A stretch of DNA of 62,984 bases, the filler included, from a bacterium (GTDB lineage Bacteria; JALSQH01), in the NCBI GenBank assembly GCA_026985515.1. It is 6 parts of 6 records of this genome, joined end to end, with 100 filler letters (N's around TTAATTAATTAA, not from the genome) between each part and the next. Parts side by side here need not be neighbours in the genome. Positions count along the whole stretch, not along the records: positions 34,665 to 51,783 come from JALSQH010000062.1; positions 51,884 to 55,795 come from JALSQH010000064.1; positions 55,896 to 58,510 come from JALSQH010000066.1; positions 58,611 to 62,984 come from JALSQH010000068.1; 2 more parts are not named here. One strand, written 5' to 3'. Below, piece by piece: positions 49,103-59,979 of the stretch. The notes under the pieces were generated by a model, which was not told the origin of the DNA, searched no databases, and worked only from the letters and a program-made list of their open reading frames with translations. Both the position numbers and the translations under genes were made by a program. Every line of letters begins with the position of its first letter. Position 1 is the first letter of the stretch.

Positions 49103-50392
49103 GTGGTAGGTGCATTTTTTAATAGAGAGAGAGTGTTTATTGTTTCTGATTTTGATGGTACAATAGGTTTTTTCAACATTGAACCGGAGATTTTAAAAAA
49201 TATTGACTCGGGCTGGGAGGAGCTGAGTAGAGAATTTTTCGAAGGTAAGATAGGTTCAAAGGAAGCCTACAGGCGTGCCATTGCGCTTTTCAAAATAAAA
49301 AGAGAATTCCTTTTAAACATGATCGACACACATTTTTCCATTGATTCGGGTTTTCCCCCGTTCCATGAAAAAATCAGGGAAAGAGGCTGGAAATTCTTCG
49401 TTGTCAGTGATGGTTTCAGAATCTATATTGAGAGAGTTCTTGAAAAGTATGATATTACACCTGATAAGGTTTTTGCCAATGAAGTTGTATTTGACGCTGA
49501 TGGGAACCTGGTGGATGTGGTTTTTCCACACGAGGATCCTGAATGTGGAAGGTTTGCCACCTGTAAGAAGAAGATTATTGAGAAAATAAAGGAAGAAGCT
49601 CCAGATTCTTCAATTTTCTATTTTGGAGACGGGAAAACAGATTTTGATGTGGCCGATAAGGTGGATTTTCTCTTTGCAAAGGGAGAACTTGCCATCTTCG
49701 CTTCAGAAAAATCAATACCGTTTGTTAATTTTAAAAATTTTACCAGAATGCTGACTCTATTGGGCAAGATTCGCTGGATTATTTTTGATCTTGACGGCGT
49801 ACTTATTAATTCGGAAGAAGCAATACTTGAGGCAATTAATTCTGTACTTAAAGAAACAGGACGGGATAAGGTTTCCATCGAACAAATCAGAGATCTGATT
49901 GGAATACCTCTGAAGGATTTTATAAGCCATTTTACGGGTTATGTGAATGAAGAGTTAATTTCAACTTTCAGAGGGAGGTTCCGGGAAGTTTATCTTGAAA
50001 AAAGTCACCTTTTACCAGGAGTTGAAAATACGCTGGATTATCTTCACATGAAAGGCTATCATCTTGGTGTGATAACGAATAAAAAGGGAGAGTATGCAAG
50101 AAACTTATTGGAGCATCTTGGTATCTCCCGCTATTTTGATTTTGTCACAGGGGAAGAGGAGAATCTTCCCCAAAAGCCAGATGGGGAACTGTGGCTGCAC
50201 ATTTTTAATCAAAAAGGTATAAGCTCCGATGAAGTTATCTATGTGGGCGATGCAGAGGTAGATGCTGATTTTGCAAAGGCGGGTGGCGTTAAATTTGCAG
50301 GAGTTGCCACCAGCAGAGGGATGAAGGAGTTTCTAAGACTGGATGCAGACATAGTTGTAAATTCAATCAGTGAAATGGTGGAGTTGTTTTAA
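49103..50392 (+). CDS. Tandem HAD phosphatase fusion (MtnX-like + phosphoglycolate-phosphatase-like)
   Basis: Domain 1 DFDGT, VVSDG, CK, GDG.TD, FAK; domain 2 FDLDGVL, TNK, KPD, YVGD...D. Confidence 0.85.
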   Translation: MVGAFFNRERVFIVSDFDGTIGFFNIEPEILKNIDSGWEELSREFFEGKIGSKEAYRRAIALFKIKREFLLNMIDTHFSIDSGFPPFHEKIRERGWKFFVVSDGFRIYIERVLEKYDITPDKVFANEVVFDADGNLVDVVFPHEDPECGRFATCKKKIIEKIKEEAPDSSIFYFGDGKTDFDVADKVDFLFAKGELAIFASEKSIPFVNFKNFTRMLTLLGKIRWIIFDLDGVLINSEEAILEAINSVLKETGRDKVSIEQIRDLIGIPLKDFISHFTGYVNEELISTFRGRFREVYLEKSHLLPGVENTLDYLHMKGYHLGVITNKKGEYARNLLEHLGISRYFDFVTGEEENLPQKPDGELWLHIFNQKGISSDEVIYVGDAEVDADFAKAGGVKFAGVATSRGMKEFLRLDADIVVNSISEMVELF

Positions 50393-51783
50393 TGTATTTC
50401 ACTCTGAGGCCTTACGAGTTTTTGAAAAAATTGATTCTTTTCTTTTTTGAACCCCTCATAAAAAAGATATCATTTGACAGAGAAAAGGTAGAAAAACTTC
50501 TCAGGGAGAAGCCCGTTGTTTTTGTCTTTTACGCCTATAGTTTTCTCGATTATGTGATAATCTCCTATCATCTTAAGAAATCTGGACTGAAAGAACCACT
50601 TTTATTCTGTCCTCCTTTTCCCCGGTTACTGGCTTTTTTTAGAAAACTAACTGGAAAGAAAGAGCCAGATATAGCGGGTGAGTTGAAGAAGGCTGTAGAG
50701 GAGAAGAGACCTGTGGTGGTTTTTCTACGCTATTATGTGGATAATACCAGAATTTTTGAGCTCATCTTTTCCCTGCAAAAGGCAATTGAAGAATCGATTC
50801 AGTTTATACCCACTGTTCTTCTCTGGAAAAAAAGACCACTTACGGCGAAAAAGAGGCTGATTGATGTGATTTTTGGTCCCACTGAATTTCCTGGAAAGGT
50901 GAGAAAGATTGTTCTTTTTATCCGAAATTACAGGACTGCCTTTTTTCACTTTGGAGAACCTGTTGATCTCAAAAATTATATTGAGGAGAACTCTGGTGCA
51001 CCCGATGAGGTTAAGATAAGGAAACTCCGACTTGTTTTGAGGTATCACCTTTCAAGGGAGCTTCACACAATACTTGGACCACCCAGGTGGCCCAGGAAGT
51101 ATGTTATCAAATATATTGCAAATGATCCTGTGCTGGTGGATGAGTTGAAAAGAATGGCGACAGAGAGAAATCAGGACTGGAGAAACTTGCAGAAAAAGGT
51201 TGAGAAGTATCTTTATGAAATTTCTGCGGATATTTCACAGACATTTATTCAATTGCTGGACATAATTCTCACATGGGTTTTTTATTCCATTTACGAAGGT
51301 ATGGACTATAACAGGGAATATATTGAGAAGATTCGTGAGGCAGCAAGGAAGGGGTCGATTGTCATTGTTCCCTGCCACAGAAGTCACCTTGATTATCTGA
51401 TTATGAGCTATATCTTTTACTACGAGAATCTGAGTCTTCCCTACATTGCTGCCGGGATAAATCTCAGTTTTTTCCCTCTCGGTCCCATTTTCAGAGGCGC
51501 AGGTGCTTTTTTTATCAGGAGAAGTTTCAGGGACAACAGAATTTACGCTCTCTCCCTGCATCACTATATCAGATACCTGCTCAACCTGGGAAGCAACATA
51601 GAGTTTTTTATTGAGGGAACAAGAAGCAGAAATGGTAAGTTACTTGCTCCAAGACTTGGTATGGTGAAAATGATAGTGAAGAATTATGTGGAAGGATTGA
51701 GAAAGGAGGTCAATTTTTTACCTGTTGGAATAACCTACGAAATTGTGGTGGAGGAAAAGAGTTATCTGAAGGAACTGGAAGGG
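50392..51783 (+). CDS. plsB: Glycerol-3-phosphate acyltransferase PlsB-like, truncated by gap
   Basis: PCHRSHLDY (HxxxxD), AAGINL, GAFFIRRSF, FFIEGTRSR.GKL, YLKEL.G. Confidence 0.85.
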
Positions 51784-51883
51784 NNNNNNNNNNNNNNNNN
51801 NNNNNNNNNNNNNNNNNNNNNNNNNNNTTAATTAATTAANNNNNNNNNNNNNNNNNNNNNNNNNNNNNNNNNNNNNNNNNNNN
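51784..51883. other. Assembly gap with artificial linker
   Basis: N-run with TTAATTAATTAA. Confidence 0.99.
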
Positions 51884-51884
51884 C

Positions 51885-52178
51885 ATAAAGCTTGGAGAGT
51901 ATGAATTGAGAGTTATTGAAACCCCTGGACATTCTCCCGGAAGCATTTCCCTCTTCATACCAGATGAAAAGATTCTTTTCAGCGGCGATACTCTGTTCAG
52001 GAGAAGTATTGGAAGAACAGATCTACCCGGGGGAAATTATCAGTTACTCATATCCTCCATAAAAAACAAACTCTTCAGACTTCCTGATGATACAGTGGCT
52101 TATCCGGGACACGAAGAACCAACCACTATTGGAGAGGAAAAAAAGTATAACCCCTTTCTTCAAGGAGGTATCTGGTGA
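51885..52178 (+). CDS. MBL-fold metallo-hydrolase (glyoxalase II-like), 5' truncated
   Basis: TPGHSPG, FSGDTLF..SIGRTD, YPGH...TTIG.E...NPF. Confidence 0.9.
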   Translation: MKLGEYELRVIETPGHSPGSISLFIPDEKILFSGDTLFRRSIGRTDLPGGNYQLLISSIKNKLFRLPDDTVAYPGHEEPTTIGEEKKYNPFLQGGIW

Positions 52179-53392
52179 ATTACTTGAAAGGGAAAAAAAT
52201 TCTTCTGGGAATAACGGGGGGTATAGCTGCGTATAAAAGCTGTGAACTGGTCAGGCTTCTCATAAAGAAAGAAGCAACTGTCAATGTAGTAATGACTGAA
52301 AATGCAAAAAAGTTTATCACTCCTCTCACCTGTCAGACACTTTCCCAGAATCCGGTAATAGAATCAACTTTTGATACAATGCATGGTGCTGAAATAAAAC
52401 ACATTACACTCCCTGATGAGGCAGATGCCTTCGTTGTTGCACCTGCAACCGCCAACTTCATAGGAAAGCTGGCATCTGGTATTGCAGATGACTTCCTGAG
52501 TACCATTGCTCTCGCCTACACCAGGCCAATTTTGATAGCACCTGCAATGAATGTCCATATGTATGAGAATAAAATTGTGCAGCGAAATATTAAAACGCTG
52601 AAGGATTATGGACACATAATCATAGAACCAGCCTCAGGTTATCTTGCATGCGGGTATGAAGGTAAAGGAAGGATGGAAGAACCGGCAAGAATTCTTGAAA
52701 GAATTGAATATTTCCTGGCTCCAAAAGATTTCAGTGGAATAAAGGCAATAGTAACTGCTGGACCGACCCGTGAACATATTGACCCTGTGAGGTATATTTC
52801 AAATCCATCCACTGGAAAAATGGGATATGCCCTTGCAAGAAAACTTGCCATGAGAGGTGCCAGAGTTGTTCTGATCTCAGGTCCCTCAACCATTGAACCA
52901 CCGTATGGTGTGGAACTGGTCAGGGTTACTTCTGCGGAAGAAATGATGAAAAAAACAGAGGAAAATCTTGATGATACGGCTATATTTATTGGTGCTGCTG
53001 CTGTGGCTGATTTCCGTCCTGAAAAACCAGTTTCACAAAAGATGAAAAAGGAAAAAAAGGAGAAAAAACTCACCCTTACTCTTGTAAAAACTCCAGACAT
53101 TATCTCGGAAGTCGCGAAAAAATTAAAAGATGGAATAATCGTGGGTTTTGCAGCTGAAACAGAAAATCTCATGAAAAATGCAACAGAGAAGATGAAAAAG
53201 AAAGGTCTCGATATGATATTTGCCAATGATCTGACAGCTGCGGGGTCAGGATTTGGAACAGAGACCAATTCTGGATATCTGATAAATAGAGATGGTACTG
53301 TAAAAAAATTTGAAATCCAGAGTAAAGAAGATCTCGCAGATCAACTGCTGGATGAGATTATCCCTGAACTTAAAAAGAAACTATCCAGATGA
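52175..53392 (+). CDS. coaBC: Bifunctional phosphopantothenoylcysteine decarboxylase/ligase
   Basis: GITGGIAAYK, APATAN, APAMN, LACG..G.GR, TAGPTRE.IDPVRYISN.STGKMG, AAVADF, GFAAET. Confidence 0.97.
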   Translation: MNYLKGKKILLGITGGIAAYKSCELVRLLIKKEATVNVVMTENAKKFITPLTCQTLSQNPVIESTFDTMHGAEIKHITLPDEADAFVVAPATANFIGKLASGIADDFLSTIALAYTRPILIAPAMNVHMYENKIVQRNIKTLKDYGHIIIEPASGYLACGYEGKGRMEEPARILERIEYFLAPKDFSGIKAIVTAGPTREHIDPVRYISNPSTGKMGYALARKLAMRGARVVLISGPSTIEPPYGVELVRVTSAEEMMKKTEENLDDTAIFIGAAAVADFRPEKPVSQKMKKEKKEKKLTLTLVKTPDIISEVAKKLKDGIIVGFAAETENLMKNATEKMKKKGLDMIFANDLTAAGSGFGTETNSGYLINRDGTVKKFEIQSKEDLADQLLDEIIPELKKKLSR

Positions 53393-53806
53393 ATCTATCC
53401 CCCTGTTTGCCAGGGCATCTGCTTCTTTGTTTAATTCCCGGGGAATATGCTTTAATCTCACATCTGAAAAATTTTCCAGGAGGCTTTTCACCTTCTCGTA
53501 CAGGGGGATAATGTTTGGACTCTTTACTCTGTAGGAACCCTGAAGTTGCCTTATGAGTAACTGAGAATCACTTCTGATTTCGATTTTTCTGATACCCATA
53601 TCAACAGCGGTTTCCAGAGCCCTGATCAGGGCTTCATATTCTGCCTGGTTGTTTGTTTTATTTCCCAGATAATAGGAACCTTCCCTCAGTTTTTCCCCTT
53701 CAACTGAATAAATTACAAATCCGGCACCTGCCCTTCCAGGATTACCCCTTGAAGCTCCATCGGTAAAGATTATTGCAGTTTCAATCTTCCCTGTCACCAC
53801 CCTCAC
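53381..53806 (-). CDS. rnhA: Ribonuclease HI family protein
   Basis: DGASRGNPG, TNNQAEY, SDSQL, HIPRE.N..AD.LAN. Confidence 0.88.
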   Translation of the reverse strand: MRVVTGKIETAIIFTDGASRGNPGRAGAGFVIYSVEGEKLREGSYYLGNKTNNQAEYEALIRALETAVDMGIRKIEIRSDSQLLIRQLQGSYRVKSPNIIPLYEKVKSLLENFSDVRLKHIPRELNKEADALANRGIDSSG

Positions 53807-54038
53807 CGAAAAACTTAAAGGGTTCAGACCTGATAAGATCCTCCTTCTCTTTCATGAGCAGTTCAACTTTTTTCTGGGCCTTTTCAAGCAGTGAGGATAT
53901 GTTTTTGGCAATTGAGATACCCTCTTCAAATTCATCCAGAGCCTGCTGAAGAGGGATGCTTCCACTCTCAAGATTTTTCACAATTTCTTCAAGCCTGCGG
54001 AACAGTTCTTCAAGTGTCTTTTCACCACCTTCACCCAT
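53781..54038 (-). CDS. xseB: Exodeoxyribonuclease VII small subunit
   Basis: E.....LEEIV..LESG.IPL..AL..FEEG........L..AQKKVE.L. Confidence 0.92.
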   Translation of the reverse strand: MGEGGEKTLEELFRRLEEIVKNLESGSIPLQQALDEFEEGISIAKNISSLLEKAQKKVELLMKEKEDLIRSEPFKFFGEGGDRED

Positions 54039-54724
54039 TAAAATACCTCCAGCAAAGAGGCAAAAACCTTTTTTCCATCATCACCGCCAAGGATCTTTTC
54101 AGCCATCCTTTCAGGATGAGGCATCATACCAAGGACATTTCTTCCTTCGTTAACTATGCCCGCTATATTATTCACAGAACCATTCGGATTTGCATCTTCT
54201 GCAATTTCCCCATCAGGGGTTGAGTAACGAAATACAACCCTTTCTTCATCCTCCAGTCTCTTTATTACATCCGGTGGAGCAAAATAGTTACCCTCCTTAT
54301 GAGCAATTGGCATCTTCACAACTTCATGCTTCCTGAACAGACGGGTAAAGGGTGTATCTGTTGTCTCAACTCTGAGGTAAACATCTTCACATATAAACTT
54401 GAGATTTTTGTTAACCATCAGGGCACCTGGCAACAGCCCACTTTCCACAAGAATTTGAAATCCATTGCAAATTCCTATTACCAGCCCTCCCCTTTTTGCA
54501 AACCTTATTATTTCCTCCATTATAGGGGAAAATCTTGCAATACTCCCGGCTCTAAGATAGTCACCATAAGAGAATCCACCTGGAATAATCAGGACATCCA
54601 CCCCTCCAAGATCACGATCCTTATGCCACAGGTATTTGCTTTCCTGTCCAAGTACATTTTTAACCACATGATAACAATCCCGCTCACAGTTGGAACCGGG
54701 GAAAACCACCACACCAAATTTCAT
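54038..54724 (-). CDS. purQ: FGAM synthase glutaminase subunit PurQ
   Basis: [41 protein letters not shown]. Confidence 0.97.
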   Translation of the reverse strand: MKFGVVVFPGSNCERDCYHVVKNVLGQESKYLWHKDRDLGGVDVLIIPGGFSYGDYLRAGSIARFSPIMEEIIRFAKRGGLVIGICNGFQILVESGLLPGALMVNKNLKFICEDVYLRVETTDTPFTRLFRKHEVVKMPIAHKEGNYFAPPDVIKRLEDEERVVFRYSTPDGEIAEDANPNGSVNNIAGIVNEGRNVLGMMPHPERMAEKILGGDDGKKVFASLLEVF

Positions 54725-54963
54725 TCCTCAACCTCTACCACAAAATCTTCGATCACAGTATTGGCAAGAAGTTTTCTGGCCATTTCTTCAAGTCTTTCCC
54801 TTGCCTTCCCGGGATCTGATTCATCAATTTCTATGTAAAACTCCTTGCCAAGTCTCACATCCTTCACCTCTTCATATCCAAGTCTATGGAGAGCCTGAAG
54901 AATTGTTTTCCCCTGAGGATCAAGAACGCTTTTTTTCAAAGCCACATGCACCTTTGCCCTCAT
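54721..54963 (-). CDS. purS: FGAM synthase subunit PurS
   Basis: [20 protein letters not shown]. Confidence 0.96.
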   Translation of the reverse strand: MRAKVHVALKKSVLDPQGKTILQALHRLGYEEVKDVRLGKEFYIEIDESDPGKARERLEEMARKLLANTVIEDFVVEVEE

Positions 54964-54965
54964 CT

Positions 54966-55673
54966 TCACTCTCCACACACTCTTCTGCAAACTTCCTCAT
55001 AGGCTTCTTCTACGAAGCCGAGATCTTTTCTGAATCTGTCTTTATCCAGAATATAATTGTCAGACTTGTTCCATAATCTTGATCCGTCGGGAGTGAACTC
55101 ATCACCAAGGAGAATTTTCCCATCATGTCTTCCAAATTCAAGTTTAAAATCTACCAGCTTTATATCCCTTTCATCAAAAAATTTCTTCAAAATATCATTT
55201 ACCTTCAGTGCAGTATCAACCATGTACTGCAGCTCTTCAGGGGTGGCAAGATTCAGGTATTTTATATGCCATTCATTGATCATCGGGTCATTAAGTTCGT
55301 CACTCTTATAGTAATACTCCACTATGGGGAAGGGAAGCTCGGTGCCAGTTTCGATCCCCAGTCTATTTGCAAGAGATCCTGCAGCTATATTTCTCACAAC
55401 AAGTTCAACCATTATTATGTCAAGCTTTTTCACAAGCATCTCTCTGTCATTAATCACTTCAACAAAGTGCGTTGGAATCCCTTTTTCCTCCAGCATGGAA
55501 AAAATCTTTGCAGTAATTTTGTTGTTAATGATTCCTTTGTTCTTTATGATTCCCTTCTTCTTACCATTAAAAGCCGTAGCGTTATCTGTGAAGTGTTGAA
55601 TGAGTAATGATGGATCATCAGTTGCAAACATAATTTTTGCTTTACCCTCGTAAAGCTTTTCCCTTTTTTCCAT
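54966..55673 (-). CDS. purC: SAICAR synthetase
   Basis: LYEGKAK, VVRN.AAGS, K.D.L.DP, LVDFKLEFG, PD..RLW, DKDRFR. Confidence 0.97.
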   Translation of the reverse strand: MEKREKLYEGKAKIMFATDDPSLLIQHFTDNATAFNGKKKGIIKNKGIINNKITAKIFSMLEEKGIPTHFVEVINDREMLVKKLDIIMVELVVRNIAAGSLANRLGIETGTELPFPIVEYYYKSDELNDPMINEWHIKYLNLATPEELQYMVDTALKVNDILKKFFDERDIKLVDFKLEFGRHDGKILLGDEFTPDGSRLWNKSDNYILDKDRFRKDLGFVEEAYEEVCRRVCGE

Positions 55674-55688
55674 GACTATCTCCTTTTT

Positions 55689-55795
55689 TTATTCTTCAAA
55701 TACTCGACTGAAAACAAAGTCTATGTTTTTTGTATAGTAACTCAGATCAAAAAGAGAATCCAGCTCCTCCCTGCTTAGTAACTCAGTTATCTCTG
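55689..55795 (-). CDS. purB: C-terminal fragment of adenylosuccinate lyase
   Basis: Minus-strand frame EITELLSREELDSLFDLSYYTKNIDFVFSRVFEE* resembles the PurB C-terminus; directly upstream of purC; too short for the ORF track. Confidence 0.8.
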
Positions 55796-55895
55796 NNNNN
55801 NNNNNNNNNNNNNNNNNNNNNNNNNNNNNNNNNNNNNNNTTAATTAATTAANNNNNNNNNNNNNNNNNNNNNNNNNNNNNNNNNNNNNNNNNNNN
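55796..55895. other. Assembly gap with artificial linker
   Basis: N-run with TTAATTAATTAA. Confidence 0.99.
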
Positions 55896-56528
55896 AAGGA
55901 GTGATTTTACAACCTCATATGTACCGACGACATCAGAAATCAGATTATTGTGTGTTAGCATTACACCCTTGGGTTCCCCCGTTGTACCTGAGGTGTAAAT
56001 AATCGTTGCCAGATCTTCTTTGTTTATCTTCCTTATCCTCTCTTCAACCTCCTTGTGATGTCCAGCGTGTTTGCCCCTCTCCAGCAAGTCGTAGAAGGAT
56101 AAAACTCCGTCACCTTTCCCCTCAACAGTGATAACATATTTCAATTTCGGTACATTTTCCCTGATCTGCAGCACCTTGTTTAACTGCTCCTGATCTTCTG
56201 TGACAATAGCCACAGACTCCGAATCTCTCAGAATGTACTCAACCTGAGCCGGTGTATTGGTGGCGTAAATAGGCACATCAATGGCCTGAACTGAATGGGC
56301 AGCGATGTCAGTCAGCATCCATTCATAACGATTGTTGGAGAGAATGGCTACCTTCTCCCCTGGCTGAATACCGAGGTCAATAAATCCTGATGCGAGATCC
56401 CTGGCATCATCAGCCAGCTTTTTCCAGCTGATTTCCTCCCATCTCCCATTAACCTTTCTCATCACAACGGTCTTCTCTCCCTTCTCAGCAGCCCTCATGA
56501 AAAACATCTCTGGCAATGAATTAAACAT
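55896..56528 (-). CDS. Long-chain fatty-acid-CoA ligase (AMP-dependent synthetase), 3' truncated
   Basis: VAILS.NR.EW, VPIY.T, DLATIIYTSGTTG.PKGVMLTH.N. Confidence 0.92.
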
Positions 56529-56701
56529 CCTTCATTCCTCCCTTTTTAATTTTGGATTTATCACCACTAATCACTCAAAATGATAGCAAATATCATTGCA
56601 TTATTCAAGGTCACAGATGCCACTTTTATGTGGGCTTCTTGCAGGATACACGATTTTATGTAAAATGAGTAACATCCCATAATAGGGACCATGAGGTTGT
56701 C

Positions 56702-58120
56702 ATGTTTAAAAAAGTACTTGTAGCAAACAGGGGTGAAATCGCCACAAGGATAATAAGGGCGTTAAAAGAGCTGGAGATCAAAAGTGTAGCGATATACTCA
56801 GTTGAGGACAGGGACAGTTTATTTGTCAAAAAAGCTGACGAAGCATACATGGTCGGAACGGGGCCCCTTGACGGGTACCTCAACATCCAGCATATTGTTG
56901 ATCTTGCTCTCAAAGTTGGTGCTGAGGCCATACATCCTGGCTACGGGTTTCTCTCTGAAAATCCCGCCTTTGCTGAAACCTGTGAGAAGAGGGGAATAAA
57001 GTTTATTGGTCCTCCTTCAAATGTAATAAGACTTTTAGGTGACAAAATAGAAGCAAGGAAATTGGCCAGAAAGGTGGGAATTCCGGTTGTCCCGGGAACT
57101 GACGAACCTGTTAAAAATGTAAATGAAGCCCTCTCCTTTGCAAAAGAATTTGGATACCCGGTAATGATAAAAGCTGCTGCTGGTGGTGGAGGAAGGGGAC
57201 TCAGAGTGGTCAGCAATGATGAGGAACTGAGAGAACAGTTTGAAAATGCACAGAATGAAGCAAGAAAGTTTTTCAAGGATGATAGAATCTTTCTCGAAAA
57301 ATACATAGAGAACCCTCATCACATAGAATTCCAGATTCTTGCTGACAGATATGGAAATGTAATTCACCTGCTTGAGAGGGATTGTTCCATTCAGAGGAGA
57401 CATCAGAAAGTAATTGAGATAGCTCCATCCCTGATTTTAACACCCCAGATAAGGGAGGAGATGGGAGAAAAGGCAAAGGAACTGGCAAGGGCAGTTGGAT
57501 ATGAAAATGCAGGTACCGTGGAATTCCTTGTGGATAAGGACCTGAATTACTACTTCATAGAGATGAACACCCGAATCCAGGTTGAGCATCCTGTTACGGA
57601 AATGGTCACAGGAATAGATTTAGTAAAACAGCAGATTCTGATAGCAGATGGGGTTCCACTCACAATTAAACAGGAAGAGGTCGACTTCAGGGGATACGCC
57701 ATAGAGATCAGAATAAATGGGGAGGATCCAAAAAACAACTTTGCACCAAGTTCAGGAGTCGTAACAAGATATTATTCCCCGGGTGGCATAGGAGTAAGGA
57801 TAGATGGAACAATATACCGCGGTTTCAAAGTATCCCCCTACTACGACTCGATGCTTTCCAAGTTAATTGTGTGTGCCCCAACATGGGGAGAAGCTGTATC
57901 AAGGGCAAGGAGAGCCCTAAGTGAATATATGATAAGCGGGATCAAAACAAACATACCCTTTGCACTCAACATAGTCAAGCACCCCGATTTCAGAGCCGGC
58001 AGGTTTGACACATCCTTTATTGATTCTCATCCTGAATTAATGGATTACACTGAATATAAGGATCCAGCAGACATAGTTGCCGCAATATCTGTTGCAATTG
58101 CAGCATATGAAGGTATCTAA
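56702..58120 (+). CDS. pycA: Biotin carboxylase subunit of a two-subunit pyruvate carboxylase
   Basis: ANRGEIA, HPGYGFLSEN, GGGGRG, RDCSIQRRHQK, EMNTRIQVEH; followed by the carboxyltransferase gene. Confidence 0.88.
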   Translation: MFKKVLVANRGEIATRIIRALKELEIKSVAIYSVEDRDSLFVKKADEAYMVGTGPLDGYLNIQHIVDLALKVGAEAIHPGYGFLSENPAFAETCEKRGIKFIGPPSNVIRLLGDKIEARKLARKVGIPVVPGTDEPVKNVNEALSFAKEFGYPVMIKAAAGGGGRGLRVVSNDEELREQFENAQNEARKFFKDDRIFLEKYIENPHHIEFQILADRYGNVIHLLERDCSIQRRHQKVIEIAPSLILTPQIREEMGEKAKELARAVGYENAGTVEFLVDKDLNYYFIEMNTRIQVEHPVTEMVTGIDLVKQQILIADGVPLTIKQEEVDFRGYAIEIRINGEDPKNNFAPSSGVVTRYYSPGGIGVRIDGTIYRGFKVSPYYDSMLSKLIVCAPTWGEAVSRARRALSEYMISGIKTNIPFALNIVKHPDFRAGRFDTSFIDSHPELMDYTEYKDPADIVAAISVAIAAYEGI

Positions 58121-58129
58121 GGAGGAAAA

Positions 58130-58510
58130 ATGGCCCGTGAGTTGTTTGATGGAAAAAAGTTATACATAACAGATGTCACTCTGAGGGATGCCCACCAGTC
58201 GCTCCTGGCCACAAGAATGAGAACAGAGGATATGCTCCCCATTGCTGATAAAATGGATAAAGTGGGATTCTGGTCAATGGAAGTCTGGGGGGGTGCCACC
58301 TTTGACGCATGTCTGAGATTTCTCAAAGAAGATCCCTGGGAAAGGCTCAGAAAACTGAGAAAAGCGCTGCCAAACACCAGACTTCAGATGCTTCTCAGGG
58401 GACAGAACATACTTGGATACAGACATTACCCTGATGATGTTCTCAAAAAATTTATACAGGTGGCAAGGAAAAATGGAATAGATGTCTTCAGGGTTTTTGA
58501 CGCACTTAAT
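58130..58510 (+). CDS. pycB: Pyruvate carboxylase subunit B / OadA-like carboxyltransferase, truncated
   Basis: [45 protein letters not shown]. Confidence 0.85.
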
Positions 58511-58610
58511 NNNNNNNNNNNNNNNNNNNNNNNNNNNNNNNNNNNNNNNNNNNNTTAATTAATTAANNNNNNNNNNNNNNNNNNNNNNNNNNNNNNNNNN
58601 NNNNNNNNNN
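58511..58610. other. Assembly gap with artificial linker
   Basis: N-run with TTAATTAATTAA. Confidence 0.99.
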
Positions 58611-59588
58611 ATTCAAACTACAGATCCCTGTTGAAAGGCGGAGGGGAAGCATTGGATATACCCGGTCGGGAAAATATACAGAGGTGCCCCTTTCAAAGGC
58701 CTCCCTATCCAGGGTAGTATCCGGTTTGACATAGTGGGAAACATCGGCAATTGCAACATAGAGTCTGAAGTTTCTACCCTCCCTCTCCACATAGACGGCA
58801 TCGTCAAAATCCTTTGCACTCTCCCCATCTATTGTGATAAAAGTAAGATCCCTCAGATCCTTCCTCTTTGCAAGTTCCCTTTTTGTTATTCTTCCTTTTA
58901 TTTTTTCTGCTTCCTCAGCAACATCAGGGGGAAAGGATGGTGAAAGTTCATATTTTTCTTCAATAATCAAAGGATGAATGGCCGGATCATCGGGAGGTCC
59001 CAGGACCCTGACAATTTTCCCTTCGGGGGGTAGCCCTCCCTCAGGATATCTCGTTATTTCACAAACCACCATATTGTTGACCGGTGCATCTTTTTTCATC
59101 TCAGTAATCAAAATCTGGAAGGGTAGTTTTCTGTCCTCGGGGATAACCCAGAAAAATTTCCTTTCTCTCACAAGTAATCCGACGACCCTTTTCAAGCCCC
59201 TTTCCAGGACTCTGAAAATCTTCCCCTCTGCACGATCTTTTCTGATACCAGTTACTGCTACAAGAACCGTATCACCAGGGAGAGCATCGCCTATGTATGG
59301 TCTTGGGATGAAAATATCCTTCTCTCCAAATTCTCTCACCTCCGGTTCCACAAAGCCGTATCCATCCGGGTGGAGAATGAATTTTCCCTTGATGAAACCA
59401 AGCCACTTCGTTACAAAGTATTTTCCACCTTTTGTATGAAAAATGATACCCTTCTTCTCAAGATCTCTCAGGACGCTCCTGTACCTTTCTTTTTCTTCCT
59501 TTGCAACATTCAAACCCCTTACAATCTCTCTGAATGAAAGGGGTCTACCTGCTTTTTTCAGGTAATCCAGAATTTTCTTTTCCAGCAT
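58611..59588 (-). CDS. rnr: Ribonuclease R, 3' truncated
   Basis: N-terminal HTH, HPDGYGFV cold-shock domain, TIDG..AKDFDDA, VAIADVSHYV, RGTSVYFP, PMLP..LS..CSL. Confidence 0.95.
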
Positions 59589-59979
59589 TTTTTTCAGCTG
59601 CAATCAGTATCCTTTTTACTCCTGCTCCCTTAATATAATCAAGCACCCTCATTACCTTACCATGCTCAGTTTTCTCATCTGCATTCACAATAACGGCTTC
59701 CACATGTTCATCTTTCAAAATTTTCTGCAACCCGGCAGGCGTCAGGGTCCTGTCTCTGTAATAAACTCTTCCTTCCGCATCAATGTAAACCTCAAAGGGC
59801 TTCTGTGATTGAGCAGGGGCAGCATTTTTCATTCTGGGTAATTTTATCTTTAAACCTGTTATTGATCTTGGAAATGTTGTCGTAACGGCAAAAAAGAGGA
59901 GCAAAAGGAAAACGACATCCACGAGGGAAGTCAGTTCTATGCGGGGTGAGTTGTTGTTTTCCTCTTTTCTGAAGTTCAT
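59545..59979 (-). CDS. exbD: ExbD/TolR family biopolymer transport protein
   Basis: IELTSLVDVVFLLLLFF with the conserved TM Asp; AD....HG.V..VLD..K.AG. Confidence 0.9.
   Translation of the reverse strand: MNFRKEENNNSPRIELTSLVDVVFLLLLFFAVTTTFPRSITGLKIKLPRMKNAAPAQSQKPFEVYIDAEGRVYYRDRTLTPAGLQKILKDEHVEAVIVNADEKTEHGKVMRVLDYIKGAGVKRILIAAEKNAGKENSGLPEKSR

Noticed and set aside
56702..58510. 2-oxoglutarate carboxylase (reverse TCA) interpretation
   Set aside because: It cannot be distinguished from pyruvate carboxylase without phylogeny, and the B subunit is truncated
17313..58610. Five identical TTAATTAATTAA motifs within N-runs
   Set aside because: Artificial contig linkers; ORFs running into X residues and cross-gap adjacency are artefacts
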